Assembly: GCA_051362555.1 (NCBI GenBank)
Contig: CM120640.1
Coordinates: 48,710,788-48,774,787, forward strand
Source: Lingula anatina
Taxonomy: Eukaryota > Animalia > Brachiopoda
Length of the DNA stretch: 64,000 bases
Direction of reading: 5' to 3'
Under the pieces are notes generated by a model, which ran no database searches, was not told the origin of the DNA, and saw only the letters and a program-made list of their open reading frames with translations. A program made the translations under genes and the position numbers. Below are positions 12,962-26,347 of the stretch, in pieces; positions within the stretch are counted from its first letter, which is position 1; every line of letters starts with the position of its first letter.

Positions 12962-13003
12962 AATATATAATATAATATAATATAATATAATATAATATAA
13001 TAT
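12962..13003. repeat. (ATATA)n microsatellite
   Basis: Direct reading. Confidence 0.9.
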
Positions 13004-14037
13004 TACTCAGGGACTTCAGTCTGAAATTTAATCGAACTTAATTGATATCAGCATTTGCATTTGATGCTGTTACTGCAAACATTCTTAAATTTGTTTTCAG
13101 AATTACAAATTTCACAACTTATAACCAGGGAATTTTCCCACAGACCTCTATAACCATTATTACATCCTTATATATACTAATAGCTTTCACTTTCAACCAC
13201 AGGCTTGAATGGATTTGTTACCATAGTCACACATAAGCTTTATATTCTCAGCTGTGTACTGTGCCGTGTGTGCTACCAAAGGTATCTACGTATGCATTTC
13301 ACCTTCCCTTTTATTATCATTATAATGTCATAAAAGATAAGTACGACTTTTACCATACTTGCCTGTTACAAAGCTTTACTTGCAAACAGTCAGGTTAGCA
13401 CATTATCTCACATAAATCTTATCATAATCAACTGAAGATGTTATTTTAAACTTAAGCATAGCACACATTGAGAGTGATAATTTGCGAGACTGGTGCAGTA
13501 GCAGATCAAAGTGGGAGGGTGGGGCAGTGGGATATGTGCCCAAATGAATTTATTTAAACTGACGTGATTTCGTTTTTGAAGACAACTCCCAACTATATAG
13601 TAAATATCAAAGACCGTAAACGGGAGTGTTAGCTCATGCATTGTCGTGCTATAAAAATGTAGGCACAGTCAGTTTTAGATAACAGTCAGTGAGTGGTATT
13701 GTGTTAGTTGTACCAAGAAGTTATATAACTTCTTGGTTGTACGTTGCTTTGGTTGTTACGACCTTACATCGTGTTGCATAAAGTGCTTTGCTACAAACAG
13801 ACGTCTGTCTGCTGACTTATTATTGTCACTCTCTTTTAAAATTGCTCAGTTTTAAAGATACCATCAACTGTATATACGCACTTATACTTGGCTCATAATC
13901 TAGCTCGTTATATTCAGTTTATATATTATTACCTGGTTTGCCACAATTTTTTTAAACATCTGACGTAATCTATCTATTGCAAAATCAAAGTAGGGCCTAT
14001 GTTAAGTCATCTGCCATTTTGTATAAGCATATAGGCC

Positions 14038-14211
14038 GGGGCCGTAGCAATAGTCCGAAGGTTCAATAGTCCGAAGGTTCATTGGTCCGAATATTCACTA
14101 TAGAACCTTCGGACCAATGAACCCTTGATTAAAAAATCGATGAAAATGTTACAACTTTTCGGACCAATGAACCTTCGGACCAATGAACCGTCGGACTATC
14201 GAGACGCCCCC
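14038..14211. mobile_element. hAT-like MITE with 16-bp subterminal repeats
   Basis: 8-bp TSD TATAGGCC at 14030-14037 and 14212-14219. Inverted arrays of TAGTCCGAAGGTTCA / GAACCTTCGGACCAAT. Confidence 0.8.
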
Positions 14212-15445
14212 TATAGGCCTACCCTGTATCTATACTTAGTAATCTTTATATCGTACACAATTAACTTATTCCTCTACAGTTTAGTGTAACATTTGGGCAA
14301 ACTTTGTTTCGATAAAGAAAGTACAATAGACTTTCTCTATTTGCTCGACAGTATTGCCATGTCAAAGATTAAACCCAAAAATGGAATTTATAAATCTATA
14401 ACATTTTCACTGTTCAAAACTTCGCTTTTTCATACGCAGTCTGAACACGTCACAAGTCACAATCCCAACTGTGATCACTGGTTTTTCGCAGTGAAGAAAA
14501 GTAGCCCATTGCTATTGACATGCATGCACATGTGTGTCGAGAGACAATAAATCTCCAATTGTCAGCTCATACTGTATACAAACAAACCATTGAGTACAAG
14601 AGGGTAACATTATTCAAACGTCTCTGCACTCCGTAGCATAACCTGGCTCTTGGCCCGTTTTACTACAGGGGATAGACTGGAAATGATAACACAACGAAAT
14701 AACGAACGTATATTGTGATCTTGGTTTACAAACAGTGTATTTCGGTAAAAAATAGTTTTTCGTTGTCCCTTGTATAATGATGATAAAATAGTAAATTGTT
14801 TCTTAAGAGACAAATGTGTTAACTACCCACGTGTATGCCATTTAGATCCTCTATTCAACCTTACATCATTAAGGTCGCAAAAAACTTTTTGTACATCCCT
14901 TTACATCGCAACAACATGCCTCATACGTAAATGACTCTTTTTAAAACGATTTCAGTGTACTTCAAATTCGATCATGGTTCTCCGTGAATTATGCCACAAC
15001 TTGTTCAAAATGTTCTTTTGTGACCTTGATTACATTAGATGTCGCCACAATCTGTTTCAAAATTTGATTATCAACGTAATCGGGGCTGCTGTAGTCGGCA
15101 AAAAAGGCCATCCAAGAAACTACACAAAGCTGAATTCAGACGGTCATTTTTGTAGTGAACGCCGCATAGGAATTTCAATAACTATTGAATCAAAGTGCAT
15201 TTGTCTTAGGCACTATTTTGTACCACAATCAAGTTTCAGTATATTATAACGGACAGTTTTTTGAAAAAATAAAAAAAAAATTAAATAACTAATACATATA
15301 TACAGTATGGATAATACATGTTTCTAACAAGAATGTTTCTTTTTGGAAAATCGTCTTTAGAATGCATATTCTTTAAATAGACGCCCAAGATATTTGATAA
15401 GAAAAAAAAGGGAAAGATCAGCTCGGTGGTCATCCTGATCATTAA

Positions 15446-16570
15446 AACCTAGATTACATTTGCCATGGGCGCCGTGCGAAAAAATCATGTACGTTTTTCG
15501 GTGCGATTTTTTTTTTTTTTTTTTTTTGACATCGTAAGTGGCTACGAACGGGCAACGGCGATACACGACGTGAACTTGCAGGCCTTGAAGTCACGTAGGA
15601 AAAAAAAAAAAAAAAAAAAAAACAGAAGCACGAATTTTAGGACCGTACGTCCCCTACGAATTTTGAGTGCAGTGGAGGTCGTGGAGTTCGTGGAGGTAGA
15701 GGAAAGGTTTCAATAGAAATGCACAAACCTGCCATGCGAGTTGCACGAACCACCTGAGATGCCCTTTCAAGCGGGGACGCTAATGGCAAGGAGCGATGGC
15801 CGTGGAAATAAAGGGTACCGGAGGAGACGAGAATAAGTTAAAATTGTGCCGGAAGTGTGATGTCATGTGACGTAAAGTGGTGTTAGAAGCGAAGCTGAGT
15901 GGTCATTTTTTAAAAGCTGTAGGTGAACGGGAGAAAAGACGTGTAGTCAGAGGAAAAAGCAGTTTTCCAAACAACTTGGTAAGATAACAATTTTTCTTAA
16001 CGCATTTTAGGCAGAGAATACTTGTAGAAATAATAGGTGCATGATATGAAAACGTGACACGGAACTTGAAGGTGCAAAATCGTGCTTAATTTGCAGTCTA
16101 TTTGTTTTGAAATACATGCTGCATCGACCGCCAGCGCGACAAAGAGCGTCAAGGGAAAATAATTCCTGGGAGGCTATAAATCGTTGTCATGTGGAATTTT
16201 GGCATTTATATGTCCATATCTAAGTATTTTTGGGTGTTTTGTGGTATGTGCTGCAATTATTACGATGTTTTAGAGGTCCTGAAGGACCTTATAAAAACCA
16301 GGAAGTAGCTCGTAACTAACAACTGAATCATACCGATCTACAACTGCTGTGCAAAGATGTATCTTTTTTAATATTGTAACGAATTTTTAGATCTTTATAT
16401 GTCCATCTGACATGAAATTCCACACTTTTCACCAATTACTTGATTCCTTCCCTGCGATCTAGCTACGTCCTAGACGGACGCAAGGCACCTAAAAACCGTG
16501 CGTCCAAAACGTAGTTGGGACCTAGGCTTTACTCCGTGCGAAGGGAGCAAGTTACGCTTGTGACCGAGGC
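15446..16570. mobile_element. Decayed non-autonomous DNA transposon related to the 20604-21895 element
   Basis: Left end TTAA-AACCTAGATTACATTTG matches the GCCTAGATTACATTTG TIR at 20604. A candidate right end is TGTGACCGAGGC-TTAA. The boundaries are uncertain. Confidence 0.5.
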
Positions 16571-16619
16571 TTAAGTGAATTACACTGTGAATTTAAGTGA
16601 ATTTAAGTTTTAAACACCT

Positions 16620-17070
16620 CTACGATTGTTATGCCTCCTAAAAAAATCAACCATGATTATGATCACAGCAGGCTCACTGACCAATGCCATTTACGATAAT
16701 GCTACTTCTACTTGCTTACGATTTTAATTTTTTTTCAAAGCTTTTATCTTGACAAATCTGTAGGCTACGCAGACCGTGAAGCCGTAGAATCCTTGCGATT
16801 CTTTACGATTTGGCACGGCCACCGCCCGCCTCCGCACAGACACAATACGAAACAGGGGCGTAACCAGACCATTTAAAATTGTACGCACAGATTTTGAAAA
16901 TTCCCAGGTACGATTATATTCCTTGAAAAATACACTGAATTTATGGAGAATAATATCATGGTTGGCTCAAAAAATTGTACGCACAGTGCATCCGTGCGTA
17001 TGCCTGGTTACGCCCCTGCGAAAAGGGATGTGCGGGTAGCATGCGAGCATCGTACGTGTGTATGGCATCT
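16620..17070 (-). mobile_element. Fragment homologous to the left part of the 20604-21895 element, interrupted by a MITE
   Basis: The reverse complement of 16780-16852 plus 17024-17060 aligns by eye with 20625-20730 (CCCTTTTCGTA..GTCTG.GCGGAGG..GTGGCCGTGC.AAATCG). Confidence 0.65.
16853..17018. mobile_element. MITE with CAGGGGCGTAACCAG TIRs and a 5-bp TSD
   Basis: Perfect 15-bp TIR CAGGGGCGTAACCAG / CTGGTTACGCCCCTG. CGAAA is duplicated on both sides. Confidence 0.9.
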
Positions 17071-19539
17071 TCATGGACGTAGTTGTACACTTATTGAACG
17101 TTCAATTACAACCCTAGCTAACTGCCCACGGTCTCTTCATTTCTTGTAAATCGATCGAAAGAGGATACTTTCGGGTTTTGGGTAAATCTAGTCCCACGGG
17201 GACTTTAATTATGCCATTATGGCCTTTTCAAAACTAACAATGTCCAGGAGAATCGGTATAAACTAGCAGAAAGAATAGATAGAAATGCTGGGAAAGCAGG
17301 TGGACAACTGGATTTGTATATCCCTGAAGTCAAAACCTTGCAGCCTCCTTAGACATATGTCTTCATTATCATCTGCCACAAGTGGGGACACATTTGTCAC
17401 GGCAAAAATTGAGTGGTGCATAATACAAAACAGCAGAAATGTAGAAGAAAGACGGAGTGCCTGATTAGATTGCCACTGTTCAATGATCCTCTTCCGCGGC
17501 TAGAATGGTTAAGGATTACATAGATTGCTTCTGCAGTTCTTTGATACCAAATCACAGGGTGTTCTTTATCTTCGTAGATATTTGAAAGGCAGTGATCTTA
17601 AGTCGGAAACGATAATACAGCCATCAATACTGCGCCTTTAAGAGTTATTTCGTTCAGGGGTACTAACGATTTCGCACCCAGGATAATATTCCCCGTTTAC
17701 CGCCTTAAAATATACATCTATAGCTGCGTTGATGAGAGATCTGTCTACTGGGAATAACATTAAATGAGCAATAAGCTCTCAAGATGCTATACAGCTTGCA
17801 TGGTTAAAGCATCAATGGGAAAATATTTCCTTGAAATATATTAGCTGAGACCTATTTTTACATTCAGCTTCCCACCAAAGGTTTTTAGTACATGCTGTAG
17901 AAGAAAACATTGACAGTAGTTGCTACGCCAACAACTGAAAAACAAGTTGCATAACAAACGGCGCTTGGCAAGCACAATTTTTGTCTAACACCAAGGAAAT
18001 ACCCAATGGGAAGAGTCAGCAGATTGACTATACCATAGGTTGTTAATTTTGAAAATACATGTGCGAGCGTGGATTTCTATGTAAACCGACCACTTCTACT
18101 ACTTTGTTATACACTCACGACTAAAATAAAGTCGAAATGCCAAATTTATCTCTCATTCAGCCAAAAATAGCTTTAAAACTTCACATTCTTCAAATTTTTG
18201 ACAGTAAATTGACCTATTTAGCTGTCCCTCCAGTTCATAAAAGTCTAAATGACTGTGCGCGCATTGCATAATCATGTATTATCACGCATACTTATTCAAA
18301 CAAGACTGCTGAAAGATAGTTATAACACAGAAAGAAAGCAGATCATTTTTCGGAAAATATGAAACGCTCTCCTCTGATATTTCTTTTAGTTATACTGTTT
18401 GAAACGATGTGGTGGCCCCGGGTCGGGTTTTGTGGCAAAATTTAACTTTAAATGCAACTTTAAATGAAAATGTACATAGCGGTCTTGCAAGTCGCTCACT
18501 GCATACCAACAATTCCTTAAAGGTTTATGTAACTGGCATTTCTATACCATGTGGAAAAACAATTTACAAACGAAAAAATGAACATATTTGCAGTCGTAGC
18601 ACACGCTCAAAGACTCTATTTTAATTTAAATAATGGTCCTTGCCCCGTAAAGTTGCGACAATGCAAATTAACATCACGCTAAATTATGTGTATCCCCAGA
18701 GACAAGGGTTGAAGTTCTAATAAGATTTCCAGGTGTATCTGTTGGACTTGATTTCATTAAGTTTTCTTGTTGATGTAATTGTTTTTTGGACAAAACAGCA
18801 GGTCCACATTTTTTTGTACAGAAGTCTATGCATGTCATCTTTATAATTCTGGTATCGTGTCAGACATGACGTGTTTGCACTTAAACACATGGCAGAACAA
18901 AAGAATTGTCAAACCCTGCTGGGAGATTATCAAATTATTTGAACTACTTTCCCTCTAATATAATTTAAGTAAACTATGGTGCCTGACAATACCTTATTAC
19001 AAGAAAACCCAGATAGCAAAAACGACAGCAAATTATTTCAGCTTTGAAATTATAGTAATTTGAATATATACTGTATTATCTTTAAAGTTTAATTTTGATG
19101 CAGTATCATTTAGAAATATAAAGCCCAGAAAGACCCCACCCTTGTCTCCCCGAATTTTCCTTCATGCCGTGTATATCAAAGGACGAACGTTTGCGTGCTC
19201 TGGCTATATAGGGAAGTGGCGTGGTTAATGGGGTGTTCCCACTTCACTACCAGACGTTTGCTTGAACGATAGACCTTAGTCCAGGTAGAGAGGAGGCAAG
19301 TACCTGACAACACAACCTCACAACAAGATATGCACATGCACCTGCAACATTTGACGGACCGAATTCCATCGGAAAGCTTCACTGCGCGTGAGACATGCGA
19401 ATAGCACAACTGTCGAATCCACAGTCTTTCAAGAAAAAGACGCTTGAGACAGCATAACATCATTGCACATAGATCTTTCAAAGGAAATTATGTTACTCCC
19501 ATTCAACACAGGTGTGACAGGAATGGTAGTCCTTGGAAT

Positions 19540-19950
19540 GGAAGTATGCGGTTCCATATTATTTGTACAGGTTAGGGTTAGTCGGAGTATTGGTGCTCCC
19601 GTCACACTTATTCGGAATCAGCAGGAATCAAGCAGAATGAGTCTGAATGAAGAATGTTCAAAATTCGCACAACATTCGGGAAAAAGTTCAAATATGAACC
19701 TTAATTCTTGTAAGAGTACCGTTGGAAAACTCAGAATGCGCTTGAACCCACCTGGAATGATTAATGCACTTTCGACTGTATTAGCTCTCAAATGCAGCTC
19801 GAATGTAGTTGGAAAACTAGGAATATCTATAATGCTGTCAGAAGGCAGTCAGAATATTTAGAATATACTTCGAATGGCGTACTAGTGTAGTTCGATTGCT
19901 GGCTGAATTAATATTTCAGCTCATTCGAGGCACATTCAAAACATTCTTTT
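19540..19950. repeat. Decayed GAAT/TTCG-rich transposon fragment related to the adjacent MITE
   Basis: Shares motifs (GAATATTTAGAAT, AAAACATTC, GAATGT.GT.GGAA) with 19956-20517. Confidence 0.45.
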
Positions 19951-19955
19951 ATTTA

Positions 19956-20517
19956 TACCCCCGTCGTACTAGAGGCGGAATGATGAAGAATGGCGTCGGA
20001 AATACAATTCTTTGTGATTTCCTGGATATTCGAAGAGCATTCTAAAAATTCCGAGTGTATTCCAAATATTTTTACCCGTTCTGGCTCGAATGTTTTGCTC
20101 ATGTCAAAAACATTCGAATTGCATTCCAAGTGGAAAATTATCGAATGCCATTTGTACAGTTTTCTAAATACTTAATAACAGCTGAAATACTTAAAATTAC
20201 TTTTTTATATGTTTAGAATGTAACACGATGCCCAGAATGGTAACTGATCAGAATGTTTCGAATGTTGTCGGAATGCCGTGAGAATATTTAGAATGCAGTC
20301 ATTGTGCAGTTAGAATACTTTTCAAATGCCATTCGATAATTTTCCACTTGGAATGCACTTCGAAAGTTTTTAACATTCGGGCCGGCCACAAGAATGGGTA
20401 AAAATATTTGGAATGCACTCTGTATTTTAAGAATGATCTTCGAATTTCCAGGAACGCACAAATAATTGTCTTTCCGACGGCGTTCTTGCTAATTTCGCCT
20501 CTAGTGTGACGGGGGTA
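19956..20517. mobile_element. PIF/Harbinger-like MITE with about 200-bp inverted repeats
   Basis: TACCCCCGTCGTACTAGAGGCG...TGGCGTCGGAAA pairs with TTTCCGACGGCG...CGCCTCTAGTGTGACGGGGGTA. TTA TSD on both sides. Confidence 0.85.
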
Positions 20518-20603
20518 TTAGTATATGGGGCGAATGTCTCCTGTACAAAGTAATGGCGAAGAGACTAGCGGAATTACATTCCTGTCACACTGGCATTGCT
20601 TAA

Positions 20604-21895
20604 GCCTAGATTACATTTGAAATGCGATGCCCGCACGGTGCACGTATACTGCCCGTAATACCCTTTTCGTACGGCGTCTGAGCGGAGGTATAGTGGCCGT
20701 GCGAAATCGCACGGAATCGTACGGATTCAAGGCCTTGTAATGTAGACATACTCGGCGTAGTCCGTAAGTGGCCAGTCACAAATCAGTTGCGACGCCTCGG
20801 AGATGGGTAAAACCCGGGAAATTTGAACAAAATCTTGAGACAGATCTCACGATTTTGCACCCGTCGGAGGCGCTCTCCTTGTAATGTAGACATACTCGGC
20901 GTAGTCCGTAAGTGGCCAGTCACAAATCAGTTGCGACGCCTCGGAGATGGGTAAAACCCGGGAAATTTGAACAAAATCTTGAGACAGATCTCACGATTTT
21001 GCACCCGTCGGAGGCGCTCTCCGGACGCCTGCGGGTTGTCGCAGATTTTTTAGACATCGCCACACCCGTCGCGGTCCCCAACTTTGAACTTAAAATTTTA
21101 AGATTGCTCGCAAGATTTTTCACCCATTTTGGGCATCCCAGACACAATCTCCGATGACCTACTATGCCCTTCGATTAATCGGAGGCGTCCTCCGAATAAT
21201 CTGAGACTAGTCGCAAGATTCTGTGTAGGATTGGAAAATCAGGTTGAGATTCAATGTCTGCGAGTAGTCTCCGGCGCCCTCCGACTGAATCGGAGGCGCC
21301 CTGCGACGATTCGTACGGTGGAATCGTAGTAAATCGCCGTGTATATGAGGGCGCCTCCGACCGGATCGCTAAAAGTTTGAGACGCTCTTGCTGCAGGAGG
21401 CTGCCCACAAGGAGCCTCTGGGGCGGAATCAGCACCAGCTTCTCTGCAGAGTTGAAGTGACTGTTCTATGTACAACCAGATGAGGGATACCACGCTACAG
21501 TACAGTGTACAGAGAGAAATACAGATGACCGATGTCAGAAAACCCTCCTTTTCCCCCACATATACCCAGGGGGAAAAATTACAAGAAAAGACGCTCGCAG
21601 ATATAGTCTCCGATCGCCTCCAATGCAATCGGAGGCGATCGGAGGCTAATCCCACGATTTTTCGACAAAACCGGGTCAAAATCCTTAAAAAAATCTCAGA
21701 CAATGTGACTGCTCCACTTTTATTAGGATTATTGCTAGGATTGTTCAAGGATTCTTTATTTTCTACGACGACCCCCGGCCAAAACTAATCCCCGACAGAT
21801 CGCCAACATTGTGACTGGGCCATAACTCCTTACGATTAAAAAAAAATCGTACGGACAATTTCGTCGCACGGAGCCAGTGTAAATGTAATCTAGGC
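20604..21895. mobile_element. Non-autonomous DNA transposon, TTAA-flanked, GC-rich interior
   Basis: Perfect 15-bp TIR GCCTAGATTACATTT / AAATGTAATCTAGGC with TTAA on both sides. No transposase motif is seen in the overlapping ORFs. The superfamily is uncertain (Harbinger-like TIR, TTAA flank). Confidence 0.85.
20733..21020. repeat. 144-bp tandem duplication, apparently perfect, inside the transposon
   Basis: 20733-20876 is repeated at 20877-21020 (CCTTGTAATGTAGACATACTCGG...GGAGGCGCTCT). Confidence 0.9.
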
Positions 21896-22659
21896 TTAAC
21901 AAAGTATGCAGCAACATGCCGTACTGTTCAGCACAGTTGCAAAACAGTACTGGGATCATATTCCAACAGGGTAGTTCTCGTTGCCATGCAGCACATAAGC
22001 TCAAGTTGACAGTGTCCTTTAATGGCAAGCATATTCTCCCGATTTATGATCAATTGAAAATCTTTGGGACCATTTGGGCAGACAAGTCGCCCAGAGGAAT
22101 CCACCTCCTGTAAACAGGAGGAGGTATTTCAGGAGTAGTGGGACCGAATCACATAAGAACCAATCCAAAGATAAGAGCATGGCATGCGTCCGAGACTTGA
22201 TGCATCTGTCTCAGCGCATGGAGGCCATATTCCATAATATGCCTAATATTCTGACTTTGATGGGGTTTTGAATCTCTCAAGCACACAACTATTGACTACA
22301 TTTGAATGTCTTTACTACAGTAACGTTATGCAACCATAACAACATATTTTAATATCTCTCTCTGTCTCGTATGTGTTACTTTGATAATGAATTATAAATA
22401 AAATAGGACCCTCTGGAACATCAGTATAACAAACTAGTGAATTATTTTGCCTCCTCTTTTAAGTCACCATTCTAAGCAAATCGGCCTTCATACAACCTTT
22501 TTAGTCCGTGGTGATTTCTATTATTCAAACCATGTAGGCCTACAATATTCTCTCATCTAGTTGTTGATCTATATATGCAGAAGAATTGACTTTACAACAT
22601 GATGATTGAATAATTCTGTCAGTAAAAGTCATTAAATTTATACGTTTGGTTTGGTTTTA

Positions 22660-22867
22660 CACTCGACCAAAAAAGTTCGGAAACATCGTTATTTTGAACA
22701 ATTATAAAATAACGATATTAGCTAAGGTAAATATTTTAACCAAATATTGATGGATAATGCACCCACCATTCGTTTTTTTTATATACACTGAATATTTTCC
22801 CTCTACATTACATAGTTTTAAATTATTGAAAAACAATTTCATGTTTCCAAACTTTTTTGGTAAAGTG
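22660..22867. mobile_element. Tc1/mariner-like MITE
   Basis: TA|CACTCGACCAAAAAAGTTCGGAAACAT ... ATGTTTCCAAACTTTTTTGGTAAAGTG|TA. Confidence 0.8.
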
Positions 22868-24485
22868 TATATATATTGATGTTGGTATTTTCAGTGCTAA
22901 GGTTCGTGAGTTGGGCAAAATTGAGTTGGCCCACCGGTGAAAATTACTTGTGAGTAAGCGGGTAGTCAGTCGGTTGCACAGTGTCGTATTTATCGTAGAG
23001 AGAGTTATCTTGGAAACCTAACATTTTTTGAGAATTTTTTTTTTTTTTTTGGGGGGGGGGGGGGATATCGTCAATTTTAACCTCAACACCATGTTATTCA
23101 ACGAACTTGACAAACAAGTAGGCCTATTATTATGTTCCCTCTCCCTCTACATGCACTTGGGATATTCCTTTAATATTGTAAATTACCCTCCTGTATGTCA
23201 ACAGTGATCAACCGTTTGAAATAATCTACAACCTTAGAATAGCTTACTTTGATATGAGATCCGCAGTAGAATGTGAAATTACCATGGCATGAACTACCCT
23301 GGCATATTGGGAGAACGTATTCGCAAAACGTGTTTTACTTCACGTCAGACATGTTAAACTGTTATCAGTGTTGGCATGGATGTTTGGTTTTTAGACAAGC
23401 ATCAGCTTTGAGAATTCAAAAGTAATTTATAAAACCATTATTGCACAACAGATAAAGGCTTTGCATTAAGGCTTATATCTGAAATGGCAAAGTGATTACA
23501 CATTAAAAATAATTGTCTTCTCGAGATGCCAGGCCAGTTAATATTGGGAACATTTCCCCTTAGGTTTTTAATGAACTGTTCACGTGAAATTTGTTGTCTT
23601 CCACATTTCGTTTTAGATTTCAAATTATAACCTGCTAATAAAGGCCTTTAATATGTTGTAGTGCGTCTAAATTTGTTTTACCGCATATAATAAAAGTAAA
23701 GCATGTAACTGTTGAAAGGGATGAAGAGATTTAATTCCCAGAGATTATTTTAACTGCTTTTCTGCAAAGCAGACTGCAAGGCACTTCCATTTATTCTTCT
23801 AAAATACATTTATATCTAATGTCTCAATTATGGGCTCTCATGGTTGCCTTTTATACTGTCGGTATAAATCACAGATAGATTCGAAGAGATGTTGCGCTGT
23901 CTCAGGTCAAGCATTTTCAATGCTCTGTAGCAACGTATTCTTGGTCGAAGGTCGATCACTGAAAACAATACCATTGGATTAAAAGATTATGCCTAATCAA
24001 CCTTTTTAATATACCTGACTTGGAAAATTTATGTAGGTTGGCGAGGGCCCGTTGAACTCTGGGATTGCATCTTGAAAGATGCTCAGGATCTCTAAAGATG
24101 TTCTCAACCGATTACATACCCTCTACCAGATATCACTATCACTAGATATTCACAGATAATGTCTCTGGCTAAATATGACCAATCTTCAAACTGTGACCCT
24201 GTTCTGAAATCTCTATGTTGATTACATGGCTGATAATTGTGTGCATAACTTATATCAGGAATTGTCACTTAACTAAGTACATTGTAACAACTAACAATAC
24301 AGTTTATTGTTCTGAATTTAATCAGTTGCTCTTTTGTGACATAAAAATAGCCCCTTCTGAATGGCTTGTTACTACTTATTGATATTTACTGAGGAATCTC
24401 CTGTAGAAGCTCCCTACAGAGTGGGTACAATGCCATTCGCGCGTGTGTAGATTGCTTCCATCTGGCCAAAAGTTACAGGGTGACT

Positions 24486-24650
24486 CAGGCCCGTAGCCGG
24501 GGGTTCGGGGGGTTCGAAAGAACCATCCCTTTTGCTGGGAAAAGGTCCACTCTGGGTAAAATTTGATCTAGGTACATGAAGTTTTTATGGAAAAAGGTCC
24601 ACTTTTTCAGAAAAAGAACCCCCCTTTTGAAATTGCTGGCTACGGGCCTG
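24486..24650. mobile_element. MITE with CAGGCCCGTAGCC TIRs
   Basis: 13-bp TIR CAGGCCCGTAGCC / GGCTACGGGCCTG. Flanks are GTGACT and GTGACC (6-bp TSD with one mismatch). Internal AAAAGGTCCACT repeats. Confidence 0.8.
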
Positions 24651-26347
24651 GTGACCGGTGGAAATGTGCCCATAATAGCTGTCGCCCTGGAAGAGGGTAC
24701 CGATTACAAGTTATTTTGTCGAAAAGATGTCGACAGAATAATGGTGAATTATGTTTTCCTGAGACAACACAAGCTATCCAGTGCTTTGGCATGTAAAGCA
24801 GCCCTGGCTGTATACCATAATGGTGATTCAAGTTCTATTAGAAAAATGCACGTTTCGGCCATAATAGACTTTTCTAGTGTCTCGGCAGATCGCCACGTGC
24901 TATCACAAATGACAGAGTCAAAACGGATTAGCCAGAAAATAAAGCATACTTCCAATCGTGTTGCAATGTCCAATTCTGTGCCCTTCTAGCCCACATGACA
25001 CGCCATCTCGAATGTTCTTCAAGAACCTCACGTCTGGCAACTGCTGTGTATGTCGGCATTTTGATACTGTCATTTTATATTAGTTTATTCAACCATTGTC
25101 AATATATTATATAATACACATGATAGGAAAATTGTGTTGCCATCTCAGTTTTTTAAATGATAAAATAAAATCAACAGCAAAAATAAAAAGAGGTATATTG
25201 GTAATATTACTATGTTTTATTATAAAAAAAAGATGTGGAGGTTGGATTGAAGTTTAACTTCCTCTAAAAATTAATAGTGTATATTTGCTCGGAAGAAATT
25301 GAAAGCGTTAATAAGCAGGTTGAGTAGTATCGTTCATATTTTTTTTTTTTGGTTTTGGAGGCCACCCTTTCCAAACAAATGCTTCTGATCCAACCCCACT
25401 ATTCTTCTGCAAGCATCTGTAAGTCCGTCTATTCTCTTAATATCCTTCTCTGCGGCACGTCCATACCTTGTCATTTAGAGCGACCCCAAGCAGTAATATA
25501 TATCTGATGTAAACAGGCTTCTTCTCATAATTGTTCTCTCTTTAGTCCATCCGTTTGAGTATATCAGTCAAAAAAAAATAAATAAATAAAAAATAAACAA
25601 ATAAATAAATAAATAAATAAAAATAAAAAGACTTGCAGCTTTATTCTTAAGTTTTGTTGGAACCCACGTCAGATTTTATAGTTGGTCTGCCTCAAATCCA
25701 CGAGCAAGCGTTAACTCTGAAATATTGTCCTCCCACACATCTTGACAATTTTTCCCGCGTTGCTGTTTTGTGAGCTCGCGAAATTTACCACGATCGATAC
25801 TACATCCTTTATTATTAGTGATAAGATGTAATGGCATATGTTTTCTTAGTTGGATGAAATAAACCGCGAATAAAGGTAGGAAGATATGAACCATTTTTGT
25901 TGCAAACGCTTTTCTAAACGGCATGTTGCAATACACATGACCTGTACAACACAGCATTAGTTGCAGTAAATTCACTATTTTCACAAACGCATAACTTCTG
26001 CAATGTACGGTAAACAATCAATCTGTGACAGCTGGGTACCACATGCAAGCGATATAAAAACAGCCCCACAACTCGTGCTTGTGTACTATGAGGCTCTCTG
26101 TTGGACAGAAATCCGCAGATGAAACGACCGCACGTTTTGTATCTTGCAAAGACATTTGGAGACAGAGATACGCTTTTAGCTTAATTGGTGACTTTGGTGA
26201 ATTGATTTCACGCGAATTTTCACCTTGCGGAAGCTGCAGTGACAGTGACTAGCTCATTACGTACATATTGATTTTCCGAAAGATTTGCCTTTGGATATAA
26301 AAGGAAAATCACGACTTCGTCTTGTATAAAAATAATCGCACCTCAAA

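Noticed and set aside
17260-17880. Coding-like composition suggesting a decayed retroelement (similar stretches at 19180-19450, 29100-29350 and 52940-53390)
   Set aside because: No frame gave a convincing motif. A translated search would be needed.
20912-21788. Cluster of overlapping ORFs on both strands
   Set aside because: They lie in the GC-rich interior of a non-autonomous transposon, with no recognisable DDE or Myb motif.
24576-24989. 137-aa ORF
   Set aside because: It starts inside a MITE and shows no recognisable protein features.
26052-26060. TATA-like box about 290 bp upstream of the GPCR ATG
   Set aside because: Plausible but unsupported in AT-rich DNA without TSS data.
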